Assembly: GCA_017505605.1 (NCBI GenBank)
Contig: JAFVOX010000004.1
Span: forward strand, 18,479 to 82,478
Length of the DNA stretch: 64,000 nucleotides
Origin: Bacteroidales bacterium
GTDB taxonomy: Bacteria; Bacteroidota; Bacteroidia; Bacteroidales; UBA932
Direction: 5' to 3'
Position 1 is the first letter of the stretch. Every line of letters starts with the position of its first letter. The notes beneath the pieces are model-generated. The model worked only from the letters and a program-made list of their open reading frames with translations. It was not told where the DNA came from and did not search any database. The translations under genes and the position numbers were made by a program. Shown piece after piece: positions 18,894-28,741 of this stretch.

Positions 18894-19880
18894 ATGGAAT
18901 TTTTGACTAACGACAAGCTCGTGATCGTAGGTGCCGGTGGCGCTATCGGATCAAACATGGCTCAGACAGCTCTTATGCTCGGCCTTACTCCAAACATCTG
19001 CCTTTATGACATTTATGGACCAGGCGTAAACGGTGTTGCAGAGGAACTCTATCACTGCGCATTCGAGGGTGCCAACATCACTTGGACAACAGATCCTGAG
19101 GTTGCTTTCACAGGTGCAAAGTACATCATCTCTTCAGGTGGAGCTCCACGTAAGGAGGGTATGACTCGTGAGGACCTCCTCAAGGGTAACTGCCAGATCG
19201 CTGCTGAGTTCGGTGACAACATCAGAAAGTATTGCCCAGATGTAAACCACGTTGTTGTGATCTTCAACCCGGCTGACGTAACAGCTCTTACAGCTCTCAT
19301 CCGTTCAGGTCTCAAGCCAAGCCAGCTTACTTCACTTGCTGCTCTCGACTCAACTCGTCTGCAGTCAGCTATCGCTAAGGAGCTCGGTGTTCCTCAGTAC
19401 AAGGTAGAGAACGCTCGTACTTACGGTGGTCACGGTGAGGCAATGGCAGTGTTCGCTTCTAAGATCACTGTTGACGGCAAGCCGCTCGCAGAGTACAACA
19501 TCCCTGAGGACAAGTGGGCTGAGATCAAGCACGCTACTATCCAGGGTGGTTCAAACATCATCAAGCTCCGTGGACGTTCTTCATTCCAGAGCCCATCTTA
19601 CCAGTCAGTTCTTATGATCCAGGCTGCTATGGGTGGTCCTGAGTTCCACTGGCCGGCAGGATGCTATGTAAACACTGAGAAGTATCAGAACGTTCTTATG
19701 GCTATGCCTACAACAATCGACGCTACAGGTGTTCATTTCGGTGAGGTTGAGGGTACTGCAGAGGAGATCGCTGCTCTCGATGCTTCTTACGCACACCTCC
19801 AGGTTATGCGTGATGAGATCATCTCTCTCGGCATCATCCCACCGGTATCAGAGTGGAAGACTATCAATCCTAACCTCTAA
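18894..19880 (+). CDS. mdh: Malate dehydrogenase
   Basis: GAGGAIG, PRKEGMTREDLL, NPAD, LDSTR, GGHGE; strong codon bias. Confidence 0.92.
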   Translation: MEFLTNDKLVIVGAGGAIGSNMAQTALMLGLTPNICLYDIYGPGVNGVAEELYHCAFEGANITWTTDPEVAFTGAKYIISSGGAPRKEGMTREDLLKGNCQIAAEFGDNIRKYCPDVNHVVVIFNPADVTALTALIRSGLKPSQLTSLAALDSTRLQSAIAKELGVPQYKVENARTYGGHGEAMAVFASKITVDGKPLAEYNIPEDKWAEIKHATIQGGSNIIKLRGRSSFQSPSYQSVLMIQAAMGGPEFHWPAGCYVNTEKYQNVLMAMPTTIDATGVHFGEVEGTAEEIAALDASYAHLQVMRDEIISLGIIPPVSEWKTINPNL

Positions 19881-19905
19881 TAGAGATTGCTAAGCATTTA
19901 ATAAT

Positions 19906-19938
19906 GGCGATGTTCGGTGCTCCGATACATCGCCTTTT
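19906..19938 (+). terminator. Hairpin with short T-tract after mdh
   Basis: GGCGATGT-TCGG...CCGA-T-ACATCGCC followed by TTTT. Confidence 0.55.
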
Positions 19939-19954
19939 ACTGAATATAAAGACT

Positions 19955-22168
19955 ATGACCAGGAAAATTACAACACTTATTTCAGCAGCTGCGCTTCTGC
20001 TGGTTGCTTCCTGCTCTCCGAAGAGCGAAATCGACAGGAAGGTTGACGACCTTCTCAGCCAGATGACCCTCCGTGAGAAGATCGGTCAGATGAATCAGGT
20101 CTCAGGCGGTGCCTGGGTTGCAGAGGCTGCTGCCAAGGGAGAGGTAGGATCTATCCTCAACTGTGCAGACGCAAAGGAAATCAATGCTGTTCAGCGTGCG
20201 GCTGTAGAGGAAAGCCGTCTTGGTATTCCTATCATTGCGTCGCGTGACGTGATCCACGGTTTTCACACTATGTTCCCTATTCCACTCGGTCAGGCTGCTA
20301 CATTCAACCCTGAGCTTGTGGAGAAGGGTGCGCGTATTTCAGCTGTAGAGGCAACTGCTGCCGGTATCAGATGGACATTCTCTCCAATGCTTGACGTTGC
20401 CCGTGACCCACGTTGGGGCCGTGTAGCAGAGGGCTCGGGTGAAGACCCTTATCTAGATGTCCAGATGGGTGTCGCAATGGTAAAGGGTTATCAGGGAGAT
20501 GACCTGAGCGATCCTACAGCACTTGCTGCCTGCATCAAGCACTTTGTAGGTTACGGTGCTGCAGAAGGTGGACGTGACTACAACAGCACAATGATTTCTG
20601 AGCGCTCGCTCCGCAACACTTATTTCCCTGCGTTCAAGGCTACTGCAGAGGCTGGTGCCGCTACTCTTATGACTTCTTTCAACGAAATCGACGGTATTCC
20701 TTCTACAGGTAACAAGTGGCTCCTCAAGGATGTCCTCCGTGACGAGTGGGGCTGGGACGGTATGGTCGTTACCGACTGGAATTCTGCAGGCGAGATGATC
20801 GCTCACGGATTCTCACGTGACCTCAAGCACACAGCGGAGCAGGCTATCAACGCCGGTGTGGATATGGATATGATGTCATATGGCTTCATCGAGTATGCCG
20901 AGGCTCTCGTAAAGGAGGGCAAGGTTTCAGAGAAGGAGATCGACCGTGCTGTCCGCAACATCCTCAAGCTCAAGTTCGAGCTTGGTCTCTTTGAGAACCC
21001 ATATGCTGACGAGACTCTCTCGGCGCAGGTTGACTATGCTCCAGAGCATCTTGCAGCAGCAAAAGAGGCTGCCGTACAGTCTGCTATCCTTCTTCAGAAC
21101 AACAACAATGTCCTTCCTTTGGACAAGGCAAAGACTATCCTCGTGACAGGTCCTCTTGCAGATGCTCCATACGAACAGATGGGTACCTGGTCTTTCGACG
21201 GCCAGAAGGAGCACACAGTGACTCCTCTTGCTGCACTCAGAGAAGAATACAATGTAATCTGGGTTCCAGGTCTTGAGTACAGTCGTGACAAGAGTACTGC
21301 ACAGTTCTCTAAGGTGCGTTCTGCAGCTGCCAATGCCGACGCTGTGGTAGTGTGCGTAGGTGAGGAGGCTATTCTCTCAGGTGAGGCTCACTCGCTCTCT
21401 AACCTCAATCTTCAGGGTGCTCAGAGCGAACTTATTGCAGAGGCAAAGAAGACAGGAAAGCCAGTTGTTGTAGTTGTGATTGCAGGCCGTCCTCTTACAA
21501 TCGAGCGTGACCTTGCAAACTGCGATGCTATGCTTTACTCTTTCCATCCGGGAACTATGGGTGGTCCTGCACTTGCTGACCTTATCAAGGGTAAGGCTGT
21601 CCCTTCAGGAAAGACTCCTATGACCTTCCTCCGTGAAGCAGGACAGGCTCCTTTCTATTACAACCACAACAACACCGGCCGTCCGAACAACGGTTCAGAG
21701 ACTCTTATCGACGACATTCCTATCGCAGCAGGCCAGACTTCGCTCGGCTGTACTTCGTACTACCTCGACTCAGGCTACGGCCCGCTCTTCCCATTCGGTT
21801 ATGGTCTCAGCTACACAACTTTCGAGTATGGTGCACCGGTGCTTGAGAAGGCAGAGCTTTCTGAGGATGATGTGATCCGTGTAAGCTTCGACCTCAAGAA
21901 CACAGGCAAGGTTGCCGGTACAGAGATCGCTCAGCTCTATGTCCAGGACTGTGTGGGCTCTGTTGTACGTCCTGTCAAGGAACTCAAGAGATTTGCTCGC
22001 GTGGAGCTTGCAGCAGGTGAGACCAAGACAGTGACATTCGAGCTTCCTGTAGCGGAACTCGCATTCTGGAACATAGATATGGAGTACGTTGTCGAACCAG
22101 GTGATTTCCGTCTCTGGGTAGCGGGTGACTCTGCATCAGGTGAGCCTGTAAACTTCGTAGTGAAATAA
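19955..22168 (+). CDS. GH3 beta-glucosidase (BglX-like), lipoprotein
   Basis: Lipobox LVASC; DVIHG, RDPRWGR, KHFVGYG, VVTDW (nucleophile), PLFPFGYGLSYT, C-terminal Fn3-like domain. Confidence 0.92.
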   Translation: MTRKITTLISAAALLLVASCSPKSEIDRKVDDLLSQMTLREKIGQMNQVSGGAWVAEAAAKGEVGSILNCADAKEINAVQRAAVEESRLGIPIIASRDVIHGFHTMFPIPLGQAATFNPELVEKGARISAVEATAAGIRWTFSPMLDVARDPRWGRVAEGSGEDPYLDVQMGVAMVKGYQGDDLSDPTALAACIKHFVGYGAAEGGRDYNSTMISERSLRNTYFPAFKATAEAGAATLMTSFNEIDGIPSTGNKWLLKDVLRDEWGWDGMVVTDWNSAGEMIAHGFSRDLKHTAEQAINAGVDMDMMSYGFIEYAEALVKEGKVSEKEIDRAVRNILKLKFELGLFENPYADETLSAQVDYAPEHLAAAKEAAVQSAILLQNNNNVLPLDKAKTILVTGPLADAPYEQMGTWSFDGQKEHTVTPLAALREEYNVIWVPGLEYSRDKSTAQFSKVRSAAANADAVVVCVGEEAILSGEAHSLSNLNLQGAQSELIAEAKKTGKPVVVVVIAGRPLTIERDLANCDAMLYSFHPGTMGGPALADLIKGKAVPSGKTPMTFLREAGQAPFYYNHNNTGRPNNGSETLIDDIPIAAGQTSLGCTSYYLDSGYGPLFPFGYGLSYTTFEYGAPVLEKAELSEDDVIRVSFDLKNTGKVAGTEIAQLYVQDCVGSVVRPVKELKRFARVELAAGETKTVTFELPVAELAFWNIDMEYVVEPGDFRLWVAGDSASGEPVNFVVK

Positions 22169-22189
22169 ATCCAAATAAACATATACACA

Positions 22190-23584
22190 ATGAGAAAAAT
22201 ACATTCGTTTATTTTTGCGGCATCAGCTGCCCTTCTTTCAGTGGTTTCCTGCCAGGAGCCTGTAGAGGAAGTAAAGCCTTTGGAAATCGCCGCTTACACA
22301 ATTGCAGAGTCTGCCGAGTTTGGTGACAAGGTGGACTTTACAGTAACATCAGAAGTTGCACAGAATGTGACTGTAGCCATCGTGAAGGATGGAAAGCAGT
22401 TTGCGTCGGCAACTGTAAGAGAGGCACAGGAAGGCGTTTTTGCAGGCAGCCTTGACATTCCGTATCAGAAGAACATCGAGGACGGCCAGTATGACGTAAT
22501 GGTTATGGCTATGGGCGCAGGTACAGACCGTGCTGAGAAGACTCTCAAGATTGCGCTTGCTCATCCGACATTCACTTCTGTGGACTTCGTTGCGGGTTCT
22601 GACAGATTTGCGCTTTCATCATCAGATGCAGCTTCTCCACTTGAGGCTTACACCTGGTCCTATGTAGGAAAGCTTCCTGCAGCGCTTTCAGGCTATTTTG
22701 AGGCAAAGACCGCAGACGGTTCTGTGTACAGCTTCGGTGGCAGCAATGTAGACAACATCGAGTTCGGCAACACAACTGCTGTAGTGCTTTACAATTATGA
22801 GTCTGAAATCCTCGAAGGTACCATTACTTTCGATGTGAAGTCATTCCAGGTCAAGTACCCTCTTGAGGCTATGTGGGTTGAGGTGCCTGAGACTACAGAT
22901 CCTGCATATCCGGGTACAGCGGATGTTGAGTTCAAGAAAGGACAGGTTGTAAGTTTCGCAGGTCTTGGAAACCTCTGGGTTGACATCGACTTCTTCGACA
23001 ACAACGGTGACGGCACTTACACATTCCGTGCGGAGGGTGGCCTTTACAGACTTACAAACCAGGCTGACTGGGGCTCACTCAGAATCGAAAGACTTTCTGC
23101 AACTACAGGCGACCTCGGTACCTTCACTTGGGATGAGATGGGCAACATCACTTCAAATGAGGCCATCTGGTGTCTTGGAAACTACAATTTCGGAAAGCCT
23201 GACAAGCGTGCCGTGCGTGACGGAAGAATATTCTCGGATTGGGAAACATTCGACGGCTACTGTATGGCTAAGATAGATGACTACAAGTATCAGATCACCC
23301 TTCGTGTGTACAACTACGCTTCATTGAAGTTCTTCCAGACAAAGCTCAACTGGGGTGACATCTACAGTGCAAACTATGACACTGCCAACAGTACATTCGA
23401 GAACTGCTACCTCATCAGCACAGCAGGTTCAGACGGAAACATCCAGCAGGGCCAGGGTATCACAGACCCTAACAAGTTCGAGTATCCTACAACAGGTGTA
23501 GTGCTTCGCTTCACTTTTGATGTTACAGATCCTCTCGGAATCAAGGCCACTGTCGAGGATATCACTGACCAGAACGTTATGTAG
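22190..23584 (+). CDS. PUL-associated lipoprotein, probable surface glycan-binding protein (DUF5121/DUF5125-like)
   Basis: Lipobox VVSC; aromatic beta-rich modules (WVDIDFF, IWCLG, LKFFQTKLNWG); lies inside the PUL. Confidence 0.6.
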   Translation: MRKIHSFIFAASAALLSVVSCQEPVEEVKPLEIAAYTIAESAEFGDKVDFTVTSEVAQNVTVAIVKDGKQFASATVREAQEGVFAGSLDIPYQKNIEDGQYDVMVMAMGAGTDRAEKTLKIALAHPTFTSVDFVAGSDRFALSSSDAASPLEAYTWSYVGKLPAALSGYFEAKTADGSVYSFGGSNVDNIEFGNTTAVVLYNYESEILEGTITFDVKSFQVKYPLEAMWVEVPETTDPAYPGTADVEFKKGQVVSFAGLGNLWVDIDFFDNNGDGTYTFRAEGGLYRLTNQADWGSLRIERLSATTGDLGTFTWDEMGNITSNEAIWCLGNYNFGKPDKRAVRDGRIFSDWETFDGYCMAKIDDYKYQITLRVYNYASLKFFQTKLNWGDIYSANYDTANSTFENCYLISTAGSDGNIQQGQGITDPNKFEYPTTGVVLRFTFDVTDPLGIKATVEDITDQNVM

Positions 23585-23592
23585 ATTCTTCT

Positions 23593-25611
23593 ATGAAGAG
23601 ATTGATGTTGATTATGACTTTCCTGGGTCTTGCGCTTTCTGCAACGGCCCAGGAAGGTTGGATTATGGAGGCAACCTCACGTAAGGACTACAACGGTGCG
23701 ACTATGGCAAACGGCCGTATCGGTGTGGTGACTGACGATGTGCCTTTCTCTGCGCGAGAGATTGTACTTGCGGGAGTTTTTGATAAGGAGGGATATAACG
23801 GAGTCAGCCGCGTGGCCCGTGGCCCGGTGTTCCTCAATATGGAACTGACTGTTGACGGAAAGAAGGTATCGGACAAGGACTTCAGCGGTTGGAACCAGGT
23901 GTTCGACATCCGCAAGGCCCAGCTTACTACGAATGTGGAACTCAAAGGTAAGGCCTCATTCAAGTACACCGTACTTGCCCTAAGACATCTGCCTTACAAC
24001 GCTATGTCCATTGTTGAGGTTGTCCCTCATAAGGACATTACACTCAAGGTTGAGAACATCTACGGCATTCCGGAGGAGATGAGCGATGTGCAGTCAAGTT
24101 TCGGAGAGGGTGCTCAACTGGTGTACCAGCTCAATGCTGCGACCCGAACCAAGATGCACAGGGTGAGTTCGTCTTCTATGTTTATGTTTGACGGGGAGGA
24201 ACCAGAGGTTAAGCGTATCGAGGCTGAAGGCCGCGACGGTATGTGGTTCTCTGCAAAGTTGAAGAAGGGACAGACCTATCGTTTTGCCCTTGTAGGAGCT
24301 GTGTGCTCTACACAGGATTTCAAGGATCCGGTGAACGAGTCCAAGCGTTTCGCGACGTTCGCATATAAGTCAAGTATCGATTACCTCCTAGAGAAACATC
24401 GTGCGGCGTGGGAAGAACTCTGGCAGGGCGATGTGATCATCGAGGGTGATCCTGAATCGCAGCTTGACATCCGCCACGCATTGTACCAGCTGTACTCCAT
24501 CACTCGTGACAATTGTCCTGTAGGCATTGCTCCTATGGGTCTTTCTTCAAGTGAGGGCTACAATGGACACTACTTCTGGGACACAGAACTTTGGATGTAC
24601 CCACCGATTCTTGTGATGAATCCTGCGGCGGGACGTTCGCTGATGGATTATCGTGCAGGCTGCCTGCCTCAGGCTATGCAGAATGCTCAGAATCACGGTT
24701 ACAGGGGAGCGCAGTACCCTTGGGAGGCTGACACTTCGGGTGAGGAATGCACTCCGGTGTGGGCGCTCACAGGTACCTACGAGCACCATATCACAGCCGA
24801 TGTAGGTATCGCGATGTGGCAGTACTACTGCGTGACAGGCGACAAGGAATGGCTTGAGGAAACAGCCTGGCCTGTGCTCAAGGCAGTGGCTGAGTTCTGG
24901 GTGAGCCGCGTGCAGAAGAACCAGGACGGAAGCTACTCGATAATCAATGTCGTAGGTGCTGATGAATATGCGGAAAATGTGGATGACAACGCCTTCACCA
25001 ACGGTGCGGCGAAGCGCGTTCTTCAGGACGTGGCCGCAGCTGCCGAGGTGCTCGGCAAGAAGGTCGACCCGATGTGGAAGGAGGTTGCGGACAACCTTGT
25101 CTTCACATATAATACAGAGAGAGTGACAATGGAATATACAGGCTACAACGGTCAGCTCATCAAGCAGACCGATGTGAATATGCTTGCATATCCGCTTGGA
25201 GTCATCACCGACCGCGACCACATTCTCCGTGACATAGAGTACTATTTTGACAGAATCGATCCTAACGGTCCTGCTATGAGCAACGCCATCATAGCAGTGC
25301 TTTATGCCCGTCTTGGTGACCCTGATATGGCTTTCAAGGTGTTCAAGAAGAGTTATACAGACAAGTTGAGGCCTCCGTTCGGAGTCCTCTCGGAAAATGC
25401 GAACAACAGCAGGGTGTCGTTCGCGACAGGCCTGGGAGGCATTCTTCAGAGTGTCATATTCGGCTTTGCAGGAGTGGAGATCACTGAGGAGGGCATAATT
25501 CAGCTTCCGACCAAGCTGCCATCTCATTGGAAATCCCTGACCGTTACAGGTGCAGGACCTCAGAAACAGGACTTCAGAGTAGAAAATCCTGAATATAATC
25601 CTAATAAATAA
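23593..25611 (+). CDS. GH65 family glycoside hydrolase/phosphorylase (secreted)
   Basis: YNGHYFWDTELW, GAQYPWE, EHHITADV, GADEY..VDDNAFTN, KQTDV. Confidence 0.9.
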   Translation: MKRLMLIMTFLGLALSATAQEGWIMEATSRKDYNGATMANGRIGVVTDDVPFSAREIVLAGVFDKEGYNGVSRVARGPVFLNMELTVDGKKVSDKDFSGWNQVFDIRKAQLTTNVELKGKASFKYTVLALRHLPYNAMSIVEVVPHKDITLKVENIYGIPEEMSDVQSSFGEGAQLVYQLNAATRTKMHRVSSSSMFMFDGEEPEVKRIEAEGRDGMWFSAKLKKGQTYRFALVGAVCSTQDFKDPVNESKRFATFAYKSSIDYLLEKHRAAWEELWQGDVIIEGDPESQLDIRHALYQLYSITRDNCPVGIAPMGLSSSEGYNGHYFWDTELWMYPPILVMNPAAGRSLMDYRAGCLPQAMQNAQNHGYRGAQYPWEADTSGEECTPVWALTGTYEHHITADVGIAMWQYYCVTGDKEWLEETAWPVLKAVAEFWVSRVQKNQDGSYSIINVVGADEYAENVDDNAFTNGAAKRVLQDVAAAAEVLGKKVDPMWKEVADNLVFTYNTERVTMEYTGYNGQLIKQTDVNMLAYPLGVITDRDHILRDIEYYFDRIDPNGPAMSNAIIAVLYARLGDPDMAFKVFKKSYTDKLRPPFGVLSENANNSRVSFATGLGGILQSVIFGFAGVEITEEGIIQLPTKLPSHWKSLTVTGAGPQKQDFRVENPEYNPNK

Positions 25612-25615
25612 CTTT

Positions 25616-28600
25616 ATGAATATTAGAAACTATCTCACTGCCTTGGCAGTTGCGATATTTGCTCTTGCGGGTTCTTTGGCTGCAGCAGCGGCCGAAGGCC
25701 CGAAAGACGTGAAGGTGTCGGGTAAGATTGTGGATGAAGCCGGCGTGCCGATCATCGGTATTGCAGTCATTTCATCCGACGGTTCCAATGGAACCATCAC
25801 CAACGATGCCGGACTCTTTTCCATTACAGTTCCCTCTGACGACGTGCTCACGGTGACCGGAATCGGCTATCAGGATGAGAAGATTGCTCTGGAAGGACGC
25901 ACGGAACTGCTTGTCAGAATGAAGACAGACACCGTCCTCGAGGAGGCGGTGCTCGTCGGATTCGGTACGCAGAAGAAGGAGAGTGTGATCGGTGCCATTG
26001 CGTCCATAGCCCCGGAGACCCTTGCTACAAATCAGACAGCCAATCTTTCCAATGCCTTGGCCGGACAGATTGCCGGTGTGATCGGAGTGCAGCGTTCAGG
26101 TGAGCCTGGTTACGACGCGTCAGACTTCTGGATCCGTGGTATCAACACCTTTGGAGCAAGCTCAAACCCGCTGGTGATTGTGGATGGAGTGGAGCGCTCG
26201 CTTGACCAGCTTTCTCCTGAGGAGATCGAGTCTTTCTCGGTTCTGAAAGATGCCTCTGCAACAGCTATTTACGGTGTGCGTGGAGCCAATGGAGCCATTG
26301 TAGTAAAGACAAAGCGTGGTTCTGTCGGAAAGGCAAAGGTCAACATCAAGGCCGATTATGGAGTCACAACACCTCTCCAGATTGCCGATTTTGTTGACGG
26401 TGCCAAGCATATGGAAGTGGTCAATGCGGCAGCAGCACTCTCGGGAATGTCTGCTCCGTACTCACAGACACAGATCGACAAGACCCGCAGCGGCGAGGAT
26501 CCTGACCTCTATCCTTCTACAGACTGGCTTGACCTTGTCACCAACGATTTTGCAACCAATTCGCACATCAGCGCAGACGTAAGCGGCGGTACAGAACTTC
26601 TTCGCTACCGTTTCATTCTCGGTGTATATAACGAATCCGGAATCATCGCGACAGACCCGACAGCAGCCTTTGACTCAGAACTCAAGCTCACCAAGTACAA
26701 CGTGCGAAGCAACATTGACTTGAACCTGACAAAGTCGACCCTCTTTACCTTCAGCCTTGGAGGCTATATGCAGGACAGACACGCTCCGGGTTCTAATGTC
26801 AGCAGCATTCTTCAGTATGCGCTCGAGATCCCGCCTATAGTACACCCGGCAGTGTACTCAAACGGCAGATTCCCTATCCAGTCCAACCGCGCCAACCCTT
26901 ATGTAATGGCGACTCAGACCGGTTATAAGGATAATTATAAGTCTCAGCTTCAGAGTGTTGCAACCCTTGATCAGGACTTCGGAATGTTGTGGGAACCTCT
27001 TCAGGGACTTCACGCGAAGGTTACCTTCTCGTTCGACGTATTCCAGGACTACTGGTCTGAGCGTACAAGAAGGCCTACCTATTACTATGCGACAGGTCGT
27101 GATGATAACGGCGATCTGATTATGGAGATCGTCTCGACAGGAGACGAGTTCCTTGGTTTCTCGAAGTCATTCGGCGGAAGCCGAAGCACCTATTTCGAGG
27201 CACCGGTGTCATATAACCGTACCTTTGGAAAACACAGCGTCGATGCGCTCCTTCTCTGGAATATGCGCAGCTACGTGGATCAGAACGCTTCATCTGCCAT
27301 ATATTCATTCCCTTACCGTCACGCCGGTCTTGCCGGCCGCGTGGCCTATGACTACGACAGCCGCTATTTCGCCGAGTTCAATTTCGGTTACAACGGTTCC
27401 GAGAACTTCGCGAAGAAGTACCGTTACGGTTTCTTCCCTTCAGGAGCTGTCGGCTGGATGGTTTCCAACGAGCCTTGGATGGAGGATTATAAGCATATAG
27501 TGAACCAGCTCCGTGTACGCGGATCTATGGGTATAGCAGGAAATGACCAGATCTCAGGCGGCCGTCGATTCGGCTATCTTACTACAATCAACGGCAACGC
27601 AGGCGGCCATAGCTTCGGTGACAACAACAGTGTGTCTTATCCGGGAGTGGCGGAGGACCAGTTCGGTGTTCCGGATCTGACTTGGGAGACAGCGACAAAG
27701 TCCAATATCGGTTTTGATCTAGGTCTCTTCGATGCATTCAGCCTTACCGTGGACTACTTCACCGAGCTTCGCAAGGACATCTTTATGCAGAGGAAGATAT
27801 TCCCTGAAACTTCAGGCTTCCAGAATGCTCCGTATGCCAACTACGGCAAGGTGTTCAACAGGGGAGTGGACGCGTCGATGACCTTCAACAAGGCCTTCTC
27901 GCGTGACACTTACCTCTCGGTTATGGCCAACTTCACCTACGCCCACAATACGATTCTGGAATATGATGAGGCTGCCGGCATAGTAGGCACTACACGTGCA
28001 CGCACAGGCAACAGCATCAACCAGAACTACGGACTCCAGTCTCTCGGACTCTATACTGATGACGACTTCCTTGATCCGGTTTCGGGTACATTGAAGCCTG
28101 GCCTTCCTCTTCCTTCGTGGGGTAAGGTAAGACCTGGAGACATCAAGTATGCGGACCTTACAAATGACGGAAAGATCAACGATGAGGACGTGACTGCAAT
28201 CGGCGGCTCGTCTGTGCCGGAGATTGTCTATGGATTCGGATTCTCGTTCCGTCACAAGGGTTTTGACATCAGTGCCCTTTTCCAGGGAGTGGCCTTGACC
28301 GATTTTGTGGTCGGAGGTGACTATGATGACGCAAGAAACCAGTACTACATTCCTGGTGCCGGCTCAGGTGCTGTTGCAAACATCCTTGCCAATGCAGATG
28401 ACCGCTGGACTCCGGAAAATCCTTCTCAGGACGTGTTCTGGCCAAGACTTTCGCTCGGAGTGAACGAAAACAACAGCCAGTCTTCAAGCTGGTGGCTCAA
28501 GGACGGATCCTTTATGCGTCTGAAGAATTTTGAAATGGGCTACACCTTCCTCAGAAAGGGAACGGGTAAGGAAAGACCGGTGAACAACCTCCGTCTTTTC

Positions 28601-28729
28601 TTCAGAGGAACCAACCTCTTCACCATCTCTGACTTCAAACTCTGGGACCCTGAGCTTTCAGGTTACGGTTTTGCAGCTTATCCTATTTCAAGAGTGGTTT
28701 CACTCGGTCTCGACATTTCATTCAACTAA
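25616..28729 (+). CDS. susC: SusC/RagA-family TonB-dependent transporter
   Basis: GTQKKESVIGAI, IESFSVLKDASATAIYGVRGANG, LTWETATK, PGDIKYAD; terminal Phe-Asn. Confidence 0.95.
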   Translation: MNIRNYLTALAVAIFALAGSLAAAAAEGPKDVKVSGKIVDEAGVPIIGIAVISSDGSNGTITNDAGLFSITVPSDDVLTVTGIGYQDEKIALEGRTELLVRMKTDTVLEEAVLVGFGTQKKESVIGAIASIAPETLATNQTANLSNALAGQIAGVIGVQRSGEPGYDASDFWIRGINTFGASSNPLVIVDGVERSLDQLSPEEIESFSVLKDASATAIYGVRGANGAIVVKTKRGSVGKAKVNIKADYGVTTPLQIADFVDGAKHMEVVNAAAALSGMSAPYSQTQIDKTRSGEDPDLYPSTDWLDLVTNDFATNSHISADVSGGTELLRYRFILGVYNESGIIATDPTAAFDSELKLTKYNVRSNIDLNLTKSTLFTFSLGGYMQDRHAPGSNVSSILQYALEIPPIVHPAVYSNGRFPIQSNRANPYVMATQTGYKDNYKSQLQSVATLDQDFGMLWEPLQGLHAKVTFSFDVFQDYWSERTRRPTYYYATGRDDNGDLIMEIVSTGDEFLGFSKSFGGSRSTYFEAPVSYNRTFGKHSVDALLLWNMRSYVDQNASSAIYSFPYRHAGLAGRVAYDYDSRYFAEFNFGYNGSENFAKKYRYGFFPSGAVGWMVSNEPWMEDYKHIVNQLRVRGSMGIAGNDQISGGRRFGYLTTINGNAGGHSFGDNNSVSYPGVAEDQFGVPDLTWETATKSNIGFDLGLFDAFSLTVDYFTELRKDIFMQRKIFPETSGFQNAPYANYGKVFNRGVDASMTFNKAFSRDTYLSVMANFTYAHNTILEYDEAAGIVGTTRARTGNSINQNYGLQSLGLYTDDDFLDPVSGTLKPGLPLPSWGKVRPGDIKYADLTNDGKINDEDVTAIGGSSVPEIVYGFGFSFRHKGFDISALFQGVALTDFVVGGDYDDARNQYYIPGAGSGAVANILANADDRWTPENPSQDVFWPRLSLGVNENNSQSSSWWLKDGSFMRLKNFEMGYTFLRKGTGKERPVNNLRLFFRGTNLFTISDFKLWDPELSGYGFAAYPISRVVSLGLDISFN

Positions 28730-28741
28730 AATCCGGCTGTT